NCBI GenBank assembly: GCA_048938105.1
Contig: JBHLMN010000004.1
Coordinates: 1-64,000 of the forward strand
Reading direction: 5' to 3'
DNA length: 64,000 nt
Source: Promethearchaeota archaeon
Lineage (GTDB): Archaea > Asgardarchaeota > Heimdallarchaeia > Hodarchaeales > Hodarchaeaceae
The position numbers and the translations under genes are program-made. Below the pieces are notes generated by a model. It did no database searches and had not been told where the DNA came from. It saw nothing but the letters and a program-made list of their open reading frames with translations. Below, one piece after another: positions 20,330-29,736 of the stretch. The first letter of the stretch is position 1; each line of letters begins with the position of its first letter.

Positions 20330-21265
20330 ATGAAATTTACTGTTATTGGGAATACCAACGTAATGGCCTCCCAAATTGGTTTAGGAACATGGCAATTCGG
20401 ATCTAAAGGTTGGGGATATGGTACTGATTTTGACAAATCTGATGCTATTTCAATTGTACAAAAAGCATTAGAATTAGGAATTAATGTAATAGACACTGCA
20501 GAAGCGTATGGGTGGGGGAAATCAGAAAGCATTATAGGCGAGGCAATTAAAGGTTATGATCGTGACAAGTTCATTATTTCCACTAAATTTCTTCCCATGG
20601 CAATTAAACCTTCTGCAGTGGTAAGGGCTCTGAATAAGAGCCTTAAAAGACTGAATACAGATTATATCGATATATATCTAATTCATTGGCCTGTTCCTTG
20701 GCTTATTAATAGGGTTCTTAATCACATGGAAAGAATGGTAGATGAGGGGTTAATTCGTTACATTGGAATAAGTAATTTTAATCTTAAAAGATTACAGAAT
20801 GCTCAAAAGAAAATGCAAATTCATAGAGTACAAGTAAATCAGGTGAATTACAGTATAGCTAAGAATAAAGTAGAAAATGATCTTCTTCCTTATACACAAC
20901 GTGAAAAAATCACCATAATGGCCTATAGTCCTCTTGGTCAAGGATGGTTGACTGGGAAATATGCTGCTGGTAATTCTCCTGGAGGAATCCGTCGACGTAA
21001 TAGGCTGTTTTCAAAGAGGAATTTTAAACGAGGAGAGCAATTATTATCTATTATTAGAGAAATAGCTGAGGATCATCAAGTCACCATGGCTCAAATTGCA
21101 CTTAATTGGGTAATTAGGAACCCAACTGTAATAGCAATCCCTGGCGCAAAAAATCTAGCTCAACTAGAGGAGAATATAGGATCAGCTGAATTTGAATTGA
21201 CAAATGATGAAATTAACCGTATTGAAAAAGCTTTAAAGGAATTTCATCCTAGACTTTTTTTGTAA
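20330..21265 (+). CDS. Aldo/keto reductase
   Basis: IGLGTWQ, DTAEAYG, STK, YLIHWP, IGISNF, AYSPLGQG, IPGAK. Confidence 0.95.
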   Translation: MKFTVIGNTNVMASQIGLGTWQFGSKGWGYGTDFDKSDAISIVQKALELGINVIDTAEAYGWGKSESIIGEAIKGYDRDKFIISTKFLPMAIKPSAVVRALNKSLKRLNTDYIDIYLIHWPVPWLINRVLNHMERMVDEGLIRYIGISNFNLKRLQNAQKKMQIHRVQVNQVNYSIAKNKVENDLLPYTQREKITIMAYSPLGQGWLTGKYAAGNSPGGIRRRNRLFSKRNFKRGEQLLSIIREIAEDHQVTMAQIALNWVIRNPTVIAIPGAKNLAQLEENIGSAEFELTNDEINRIEKALKEFHPRLFL

Positions 21266-21369
21266 TAGATAACAGATAGACTTAAAGGATATTGTATTAA
21301 AGCATCCTATGGTTATTATTGGTATCAAGAACCAATGAAGCACAAACTCGGTTCTGTGGAGGCGTTATC

Positions 21370-22353
21370 ATGATAGAAATCAAAAATCTCGAAAGTGGGC
21401 TAACATACACAGACTTTGTTCCAGGAATCACCCCTAAAATACCTACTTGGCTTATATGTAATAATCCAGCCAAAGAAGAGCTTCTAATGATCCAACAAAC
21501 TTTCGGAATTCCTTGGGAAGACCTTGAAGATGCATTAGATGAAGACGAACGACCACGTTTAGAGCTGGAGCCTGAACATGATCCACCATTCCTCAAACTC
21601 GTCTTACGTGTCCCAGCTTTAGAAGATGTAGCAGAAGAAGATTTATCAGGAAATTTACCTACTACACATCCAGCAGTTGTATTTCTGACAGAAAATCATC
21701 TGATAACTGTTCAGAGTGCTATGCTCAAAACAAAAAGAATCAGAAAGCCGAAAAGTCTTCGTAGAAAACGGCCTACTCCCACAATACTAGTATTACTTGA
21801 TTATCTTGAATCCGTAGTAAAATCATTTGAGCTGAAAGTCGATATGATTGATCGAAAGTTAGAAAAGATTCAAAAAGTGATTTTTCAATCAATTAGGAGC
21901 TCCTCAATCGAAAAGGTATTCCATCTTTCCATGGATACGACTTACCTTGATGCTGCACTCCGTGGTAATTTGCGTGCGTTTTATGGTTTAAAGAAAGCTC
22001 CTCAATTTGCTGAACATGATGAATTACTGGATGATCTTGAAGATTTAGCTATCGATCTCCAACAACAAGCGGATCTTCTTCGGATCTATCGCGATTTAGT
22101 TGAATCAAGCCTTGACGCGTTCGCCTCTGTCATTTCTAACAACCAGAACGATCTCTTGAAGGTACTAGCATCAATAAGTCTTATCCTTATGGTTCCTACC
22201 CTCATTGCTTCTTTATATGGAATGAATTTGGGGACAGAGTTTGGCTTCTTACCGTTAGCAAATAATCCCTATGCTTTTTGGATAATACTAATTCTAAGCA
22301 TAATTTTAATAGTCCCAATATGGTTTTATTTAAGGAAAGTTGATCTTTTATAG
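21370..22353 (+). CDS. corA: CorA-family Mg2+ transporter
   Basis: D.DERPRLE, PT...SLYGMN signature, two C-terminal TMs; ATG at 21370 follows GGAGG. Confidence 0.88.
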   Translation: MIEIKNLESGLTYTDFVPGITPKIPTWLICNNPAKEELLMIQQTFGIPWEDLEDALDEDERPRLELEPEHDPPFLKLVLRVPALEDVAEEDLSGNLPTTHPAVVFLTENHLITVQSAMLKTKRIRKPKSLRRKRPTPTILVLLDYLESVVKSFELKVDMIDRKLEKIQKVIFQSIRSSSIEKVFHLSMDTTYLDAALRGNLRAFYGLKKAPQFAEHDELLDDLEDLAIDLQQQADLLRIYRDLVESSLDAFASVISNNQNDLLKVLASISLILMVPTLIASLYGMNLGTEFGFLPLANNPYAFWIILILSIILIVPIWFYLRKVDLL

Positions 22354-22366
22354 AAATGAATTCCTT

Positions 22367-25300
22367 TTAGGTGTCTACCCCATTTCTTGGAAGAGATATG
22401 TCTTCTAAAAGTTCAAATAATCTTACTACTTGATAATTAGATTTTTTTGCTTTAGTCAACCATTGATGAATTATTTGGAATATTCTCTCAAGTTCTTTTA
22501 TAAGATCCTTTTCTCTCTTTAAGTTTGAAACGTTATTTATTACCGAAATAATGAATAACCATCGTACTAAATTCTCAAAAGCTTCTTTGTTGAACCATAA
22601 GATATCCTGATAGCGATTTGTTTGTAAGTATGATTGGATTTCAAGATCAGTCATAAGAATTCTCATAATTTGGGCCGCTTGATGATCTGATTCTACCTTG
22701 GTCAGGTACCAATTTTGATGTGATGTTAGGATTTTTATTAATATAATAGCTTCTAAAACACTTTGTGGTTTTTCATAGAGGTCCTTTATTGTCCATTCAA
22801 TGATTCTACCGAGTCCCCATTCATCGATCCAACTTCTACTCTGTAATTCATAATAAATAGGATCTACAGTCTTTCCGAGTAAGTGTACAAACAACCATGA
22901 CAGGATAATGTTCCAATCAGAATTTGATGGGAAATTTTCGTTGAAGTATTCAAGAAATAACCCTGAAGTTTCTGAAGAGAGAGGTAATTGATTAACCGAT
23001 TTTCTTAGCTGAATTAAACAACGAAGCTTGCTTATGATTACATCATTCAAATCGGAATTAATGATTTTACCTGAAGAATAAGTAATTACCTCCTTTATGA
23101 GAGATGATATTTTTGGGTGTATTTTTCTAAGAATTTTGTCCAATTTTGTAGGATCATTAGAATTTAATGCTTCAAGAATTGTTTCAAAGACTGATTTATT
23201 TACCAATTCTTTGAAAGCTTTGTGAAGGGAGTGGTAAATTAGTTCTTGAAGCGTCTCATCGATATTATCAACCCCTCTTCCTGCGAGAAAATCATGCAGT
23301 AGAGTATAACTTTGGGATTCTCTATCTTGAACCTCTCGAAAGTTGAGAAAGACCACTGAATGATATGCATCTAGCTCCAAATACAGTCCTTTTTCGTAGA
23401 TTTCCTTACTATTACGAATATATTCTAACCCACTATTATGATCTCGAAAAATACAGTAATAATCTCCATCATTATGTAACGATAAACCCTCTCCCAATGT
23501 CTTTTGAGTTAACTGTGTTTGATCCCCTTTTTTAATCGCAAATGCAGCTGAAGTTTTAATCCAGCCACTAGTCTTAGTAAATCTGTTATGGTAGACAACT
23601 AATGCTTGTTCTTCCTCCATCCGATTCGAATAAGCAAAAACATCCTCATTCACAAAACCACTTGAGGTATAGAAGTCATAAAGAAGGAAATTTTCAACTT
23701 CTGCAAATAGATATCTCTTTTTTACTAATGGAAATATTAGTTGTTCATGATATTGGACAAATCCATCATCAATGTTTTCGTCCCAATAGGCACGACGATA
23801 CTCCATTCCATATTTCTCTTCAAACCCCTCAATTTGTCCATGTCCAAACATACATAGGCCTGGCATGGTAACAAGTAAGATACATATTCCAAAATATTTA
23901 TCCCCTTTTCCAAATTGGTCGACAGCAGTTTTTTCATCAGGATTATTCATGAAATTCACAAAGCGCTTTAAAATCTCTGGGTCGTACTCAAGAGTATTCT
24001 TGATCACAGAACGATATTTTGCGTTGTCTTCGTCTCTAAGCATATTCATGAATGCTGAATTATATACACGATGCATACCTAATGTTCGTACAAAAAATCC
24101 TTCCAAGAGCCAAAACGCTTCTGCAAGTAATAGTGTATCTGGAGCTTCTTGATTAATTCTGTCAACAACTTCCCGCCAAAATTCCCTTGGCATTGCTTTG
24201 TCAAAATCCTGTTTGGTTATTCCATGTTCAGCTCGCGAAGGGATATCACCTCCACTCCCCGGTGCTGGAAACCATAATCTATGGTAATGCTTCCTTGTTA
24301 GAGTCATTGCTGCATCGAATCGTATGATAGGAAACATTCGAGCGACATGTAGAATTGTTTGGATCACTGCTTCCCGTACTTCTGGTTTGAGAAAATTTAA
24401 TTGAGCTGTATCATTCCAAGGCATTGAGGTTCCATCATTCCCATGATAAATAAATCGAACTTCTTGTGTTTCGTGATCTACCCATTTGAAGGTAACTGCT
24501 GCATCTGTTCGTGAAAAGTAATGATCTTCTACGAAAATGCCTATCCTTGGATTTTTAGACAAGCTCTGACCACTATAAGAATAAATTGGGAATGGACTAT
24601 AAGGTAAAGAAATAAACCAATCAGGATGTTCCATCATCCATTTCGAATCTATACCCGTATGATTAGGAACCATATCGGAAGCAATACGAATCCCTTTTCT
24701 CCACGCTCGTGCTTTTAGATCTGTAAGTGCTTCGTTTCCACCAAGATCACGAGCTATAACATAATCATATAAGGAGTATGCCGATGCTTCTGCTTCTGGA
24801 TTGCCACACCATTGTTTAATTACCTTTGATGCCTGACTTCTTTGCCATACACCAATAAGCCATAAGGCATTAAACCCCCATCTTGCTAATTGATCTAACT
24901 CCTCATCTGGAATGTGATCTAACCTGTGAAGATGAGATTTATATTTTTTTGAAAGTTGATCCAACCAAACATAAACATTCTTAGCAATCATTACTACTTT
25001 TGGCATCCAATCTTTATCAGGGGTGTAATTTTCTTCTAAGTAGTCGTATTCATATACTTGGGCTTCTCCTGGCCCCAACCCCCTTAATTTTTCTTCCTCC
25101 CTGAAGAAATCAAGAGCTAACAAAATCTTGAATTGAAGAGGGCTAATCAAAGACCCCCATTTCTCATTAATGTATTCAAGTTGCCTTTTTATAGAATGTG
25201 GTTCTTTTAGTGATAATATTTGCAACATTTCAAAGAAATTTTGGTTATCTGGCCCAAAATAGGGTTTTGTATCAAAGAATTCTTTAATTCCTTCAATAAT

Positions 25301-25828
25301 TTGAATATATTTAGTCTTTTTTTCCAAATCAGTGTCATCAAGTAATTCTAGATTGTTAGAAAAAGCGGGATTTCCATTACTTAACCATAAGCACACCATT
25401 GAGAAGATAGTAATGTACTTATTAGGTATTCCATTTGTTTTTTCTTTAAGATAGGTATCAATTTCAATTTCACCATTAAAAATTGATGGTGGAGGAAATT
25501 CCTGTAACAATAGTCTAAGAGTGCTGTCTAAATTCTTTGATCCAATTTTTTCATCCAACCAGGTTGGAATTTCTTTTATCAGGTCGATTTCGTTCTGTTT
25601 TTGATAAATATCAAATAAAAGATTGAAAATTTCGTTTTCAAGGGCCATACCATTGATTTCGCTACCTTTTGCAGCTAATTCTGGAAAATTTATTAAATCA
25701 CGTTTTTGATTAATTCTTTGAACAAAAACACGAGCATTGTGCAAGTTTGGAAAAATAACAAACCCTGTAGGGGTAAAAAATGAGTCATCAAACTGGTATT
25801 TTTCTCTAGCTTTTCGGTCGATTCTCAT
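22367..25828 (-). CDS. Large GH13 alpha-amylase-family glycoside hydrolase
   Basis: DMVPNH, WNDTAQLN, RFDAA (nucleophile), AEAFW (acid/base), NNPDE. Confidence 0.9.
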   Translation of the reverse strand: MRIDRKAREKYQFDDSFFTPTGFVIFPNLHNARVFVQRINQKRDLINFPELAAKGSEINGMALENEIFNLLFDIYQKQNEIDLIKEIPTWLDEKIGSKNLDSTLRLLLQEFPPPSIFNGEIEIDTYLKEKTNGIPNKYITIFSMVCLWLSNGNPAFSNNLELLDDTDLEKKTKYIQIIEGIKEFFDTKPYFGPDNQNFFEMLQILSLKEPHSIKRQLEYINEKWGSLISPLQFKILLALDFFREEEKLRGLGPGEAQVYEYDYLEENYTPDKDWMPKVVMIAKNVYVWLDQLSKKYKSHLHRLDHIPDEELDQLARWGFNALWLIGVWQRSQASKVIKQWCGNPEAEASAYSLYDYVIARDLGGNEALTDLKARAWRKGIRIASDMVPNHTGIDSKWMMEHPDWFISLPYSPFPIYSYSGQSLSKNPRIGIFVEDHYFSRTDAAVTFKWVDHETQEVRFIYHGNDGTSMPWNDTAQLNFLKPEVREAVIQTILHVARMFPIIRFDAAMTLTRKHYHRLWFPAPGSGGDIPSRAEHGITKQDFDKAMPREFWREVVDRINQEAPDTLLLAEAFWLLEGFFVRTLGMHRVYNSAFMNMLRDEDNAKYRSVIKNTLEYDPEILKRFVNFMNNPDEKTAVDQFGKGDKYFGICILLVTMPGLCMFGHGQIEGFEEKYGMEYRRAYWDENIDDGFVQYHEQLIFPLVKKRYLFAEVENFLLYDFYTSSGFVNEDVFAYSNRMEEEQALVVYHNRFTKTSGWIKTSAAFAIKKGDQTQLTQKTLGEGLSLHNDGDYYCIFRDHNSGLEYIRNSKEIYEKGLYLELDAYHSVVFLNFREVQDRESQSYTLLHDFLAGRGVDNIDETLQELIYHSLHKAFKELVNKSVFETILEALNSNDPTKLDKILRKIHPKISSLIKEVITYSSGKIINSDLNDVIISKLRCLIQLRKSVNQLPLSSETSGLFLEYFNENFPSNSDWNIILSWLFVHLLGKTVDPIYYELQSRSWIDEWGLGRIIEWTIKDLYEKPQSVLEAIILIKILTSHQNWYLTKVESDHQAAQIMRILMTDLEIQSYLQTNRYQDILWFNKEAFENLVRWLFIISVINNVSNLKREKDLIKELERIFQIIHQWLTKAKKSNYQVVRLFELLEDISLPRNGVDT

Positions 25829-25923
25829 AAATGTACACTTTTTTAGTTTTGTTGAATTTAGCTTAATCTTGAAAGCTTGTTCAATGTTATAGATAATTTA
25901 TCTGAAAAAATGCTTAATTAGCA

Positions 25924-28059
25924 ATGAAATCGAATGCTATAAATATAGATAACCACAATTTGCGAGCTGCGGTATTACATGTGAGGATGTCGTCTCTTAA
26001 AACAAAGGATTTAGGAGTTATTTACACCCCAAAAGAAATTTCTACCTATTTATGTCGAAATACTATTATTCCTTATGTTCTAGATAAGGTAAATGATAAA
26101 TTCGGGACTCTGTTTAAATATAAAGGACATATTGGTGAAATCCTAGATCAGTTGGATCGACAACAATTAATATTCGTTATGAATGTTATTAAACGACTTA
26201 AGATCCTCGACCCAGCCGTAGGGACTGGACACTTTTTACTACAAGCGTTAAGAACGCTTGAAGAAGTATATACTTATCTAATCAGAAAAGAAACCTGTCA
26301 TTGGAACGAATACCAAGTAAAAGAATGGATAATTACCCACAACCTCTATGGTATCGATATCTCTCAAGTTGCAATAGATATGTGTAGATCAAGACTCTCT
26401 TCCATTTTGGATTTAACCAAAAATAATTTGAATACCTCAGAATCATTACTAAAACTAGGTTCTAATATTCGATGTGGTAATTCACTTATAGGGCCTGTTT
26501 TAGGGGAAAGTCAGCATGAAGTTATGAAAATAGTCGAACTGCGACCTTTCTATTGGGATCAAGAATTTCCTAAGATTATGGATAATGATGGATTCGATTT
26601 GTGCTTAGGAAATCCTCCATGGAATATAATGAAACCAGTTGAAAAAGAATTCTTTGGTCAATATGATCCACGATTAACAAAGTATGGAGTAGATAAGAAA
26701 GAAGCAAAGAAAATTATTGTTAATTTACTAGAACAAGAACACATCAAAAAACAATGGGACAATTATAGACGTTCAATTCGCCTTGTTGGGGCTTATTTTA
26801 GGAGTAAGGAATATCAGTATCAGTCTGATGAAATACAAGGAGTAGATATTACAAGAACGGTGAGTGGGGATCTTAACCTTTATAAACTATTCCTTGAGAG
26901 AATATATTACTTATTAAGACCCAGAGGTTATTGCGGAGTCATAATTCCATCTGGATTTCATACTGATGCTGGTACAAAGGGATTACGAAGATTATTATTT
27001 GATGAAAATCAAGTGAGAGAGCTTTATTCATTTGAAAATCGGAAGGGGGTTTTTCCTTCTATTCATAAGTCGTTCAAATTTGATTTATTAATTTTCAAAA
27101 AAACAGGTAAGACAGAGTCATTTAGCGCAGCATTCATGCTACACAATCCAGCTATTCTCGAAAAAATATCTAACAGATCAATTTCGGTTAATTGGAGAAA
27201 TATCAAACATTTATCCCCTTCATCTTGGTCAATATTAGAGTTTAAAACACTAAAAGACATTGAATTAGCAAATCAAATGTATCAGCACCCTTCTTTAAGA
27301 ACAGAGGTTACTTCATTCTGGAAGGTTCGTTTTTCAAGGGAGTTAGATATTTCACTTGATAGTAAACTGTTCAATAAGGAGCAAAAAGGGCTGATTATTT
27401 TTGAAGGTAAAATGATTGAGCAATTCACTCACAAATTCAAGGAACCAAGGTATTGGATTAAAAAGGAAAACGTACTCTTGAAGTTTGGCTCACAATACCA
27501 AGATTATAATGAATATAGATTAGGATTCCGATCAGTTGCAGCAAGCACGAACCGAAGAACAATGATTGCTACAATTATCCCACGAAATGTTTGTTGTGGA
27601 AATTCTTTGATTGTGACTAAAGTCTTCGATCCAGAAAACAATATACGCTTAATTGAGGAATCTGATTTACTTTATTTATGTGGAGTATTCAATAGCTTTG
27701 TATTCGATTATTTACTTCGACTGAAAGTCACAACAAATTTGAATATGTTTTTTATATATGATATGCCTGTACCTCGTCTATCTAAGCATGATTCCATCTA
27801 TCAAGAGATTGTAAGAAATGTCGCAGATTTATTTCCTGAATTTGACTCACTTCACAAGCAGTTCGGAAAAAACTTCTCACATCAGTCTTTTCATGACAGA
27901 ATTCAATGTCGAGCTACGATTGATTCCTTGATTGCTAAGATTTATGAACTAGATATTCCGAGCATTGAGTATATCTTAGATCAATTTCATCTAAAAGATC
28001 CAAGAAAAGAAGAAGCATTAACTATTCAGAAAAACGCTATTCTCGCTAGGTTTGACTGA
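25924..28059 (+). CDS. Eco57I/Type IIG-like N6-adenine DNA methyltransferase with target recognition domain, no endonuclease domain
   Basis: YTP, ILDPAVGTGHFL, LYGIDI, GNPPW, LYKLFLER, C-terminal FNSFVFDY TRD; the start may be 25987. Confidence 0.85.
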   Translation: MKSNAINIDNHNLRAAVLHVRMSSLKTKDLGVIYTPKEISTYLCRNTIIPYVLDKVNDKFGTLFKYKGHIGEILDQLDRQQLIFVMNVIKRLKILDPAVGTGHFLLQALRTLEEVYTYLIRKETCHWNEYQVKEWIITHNLYGIDISQVAIDMCRSRLSSILDLTKNNLNTSESLLKLGSNIRCGNSLIGPVLGESQHEVMKIVELRPFYWDQEFPKIMDNDGFDLCLGNPPWNIMKPVEKEFFGQYDPRLTKYGVDKKEAKKIIVNLLEQEHIKKQWDNYRRSIRLVGAYFRSKEYQYQSDEIQGVDITRTVSGDLNLYKLFLERIYYLLRPRGYCGVIIPSGFHTDAGTKGLRRLLFDENQVRELYSFENRKGVFPSIHKSFKFDLLIFKKTGKTESFSAAFMLHNPAILEKISNRSISVNWRNIKHLSPSSWSILEFKTLKDIELANQMYQHPSLRTEVTSFWKVRFSRELDISLDSKLFNKEQKGLIIFEGKMIEQFTHKFKEPRYWIKKENVLLKFGSQYQDYNEYRLGFRSVAASTNRRTMIATIIPRNVCCGNSLIVTKVFDPENNIRLIEESDLLYLCGVFNSFVFDYLLRLKVTTNLNMFFIYDMPVPRLSKHDSIYQEIVRNVADLFPEFDSLHKQFGKNFSHQSFHDRIQCRATIDSLIAKIYELDIPSIEYILDQFHLKDPRKEEALTIQKNAILARFD

Positions 28060-29000
28060 TGACCCATATAAAAAGGATTAAAAGTAAATTCTTGGGTTCT
28101 ATCCTAGGAAGCGTGATCGGTGATTCATGGGGAGCCAGATATGAGGGATCATATCATAATTCCGTTCGTGTTGAAGATTTTCAGATGGTTGGAGGTAGAT
28201 ACACAGATGACAGTGAAATGATGAGAGGGGTTTTGGAATCCATTTGCGCAAATAAGGGGGAGTTTAACGGGCCAGATATGGCTGGAACATTTGTGCATAA
28301 TTTTGATCATACTAGAGGGTATGGGCCTAGTACCATTTCAGTCTTAATGAAGATTAAAGACGGAGATCCATGGGATAAACCTGCAAAAGAAGCTTTTTAC
28401 GGTGAAGGATCATTAGGGAATGGTGCTGCAATGAGAATTTGTCCTATCGGCTTACTTTATCATACTGATAAAAAGAAACTTGTAGAAATTACTGATCAAA
28501 TCTCGATGATAACACATTCGCACCGTTTAGGGAGACAAGGGGCAATTCTACAGGCTTATGCTGTTGCGCTAGCTGTTGAAAGTGATCCTAGGGATTTTGA
28601 GCCCCATGATTTCATTGAGCAACTGAGAACAATTCCTCAAGAATTATCTCCTGTATATCGAAAGAAGCTAGAGAAAATTGAAACTTATTTAAATTCTCCC
28701 CCTCCTACTGATACGATCGTTAAAGAGCTCGGTGTGAACGTAACAGCTCCAGAATCAGTTCCAATAGCAATATACAACTTTTTAAACAATTCCTCGAATT
28801 TTTATGAAGTACTTCACTCCTCTATAAGATGTGGAGGAGATACTGATACAATTGCTTGTATGTCAGGTGCGATTACTGGTGCTTTTTTGGGTGTAAGGGA
28901 AATTCCACAGAACTGGATAGATATTGTTGAAGATGTGGATATTTTCCAAGAATTAACTGAAAATCTTTTTGAATTATGGGTAAAGCAATCCTCTAAATGA
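28059..29000 (+). CDS. ADP-ribosylglycohydrolase (DraG/ARH family)
   Basis: GDSWG, YTDD, GNGAAMR, THSH, GGDTDT; ATG overlaps the MTase stop (TGATG). Confidence 0.93.
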   Translation: MTHIKRIKSKFLGSILGSVIGDSWGARYEGSYHNSVRVEDFQMVGGRYTDDSEMMRGVLESICANKGEFNGPDMAGTFVHNFDHTRGYGPSTISVLMKIKDGDPWDKPAKEAFYGEGSLGNGAAMRICPIGLLYHTDKKKLVEITDQISMITHSHRLGRQGAILQAYAVALAVESDPRDFEPHDFIEQLRTIPQELSPVYRKKLEKIETYLNSPPPTDTIVKELGVNVTAPESVPIAIYNFLNNSSNFYEVLHSSIRCGGDTDTIACMSGAITGAFLGVREIPQNWIDIVEDVDIFQELTENLFELWVKQSSK

Positions 29001-29048
29001 ATATACTATTTTTCAAGATCAGGTTTATTTTCTTGGTTGGTATTTCTT

Positions 29049-29579
29049 ATGAGTTTAAAAAAGGAAGTTACAATTCAACAGGGTATGATGGCACTTCCAG
29101 GCTTCCCAGTTGTGTTAGTGTGCGTAAGAGACAATATAATTACAGTTGCTGCTTTTAGCTTTTTCTCTTTTGGGGACAAAGAAGGAGTTCCCCCAATGAT
29201 CATGGTTGGAATTGTCCCTACACGATATACTTTTGAGCTACTCAAAGAAATAGATGATTATTCAGTTAATATACCCACGGTTGAACTTCTTGAAGCTGTT
29301 AAAATCTGCGGATCAAAATCGGGGAGAGATGTTGATAAATTCAAGGTTGCTGGATTAACTCCTAAAAAAGCTCAAAGAATTTCTTCCTACATCATCGAAG
29401 AGTGTCCAATAAATTTGGAATGTAAAGTGGTTCATAAAATTGACTTACAAGGTAGTTCTCATACTTGGTTTGTTGGGGAAATCGTAACAGCTTATCAACG
29501 AGAAGATTATGATCGATCCCAAGCAATTTTGTATTGGCCTCGTGAATACCGTGAAGTGGGGAAAGTAATCAAGAAATAA
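29049..29579 (+). CDS. Flavin reductase-like (flavoredoxin) protein
   Basis: PVVLV, RYT, SVNIP, CGSKSGRDVDKF, ECPINLEC, SHTWFVGEI. Confidence 0.9.
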   Translation: MSLKKEVTIQQGMMALPGFPVVLVCVRDNIITVAAFSFFSFGDKEGVPPMIMVGIVPTRYTFELLKEIDDYSVNIPTVELLEAVKICGSKSGRDVDKFKVAGLTPKKAQRISSYIIEECPINLECKVVHKIDLQGSSHTWFVGEIVTAYQREDYDRSQAILYWPREYREVGKVIKK

Positions 29580-29736
29580 TCAGTTTTAGCGCATAAAGAA
29601 GAAATAACGGTTCAAGAATTAACTTTTTCTTATCAAATCAAATATAGATAAAAATAAATACTATAAAGATCATAATTACTAATTACATTTTCAGTTGTAA
29701 TTATGTAATATATTTCTTTGTAGGTTTATCCAGGAG

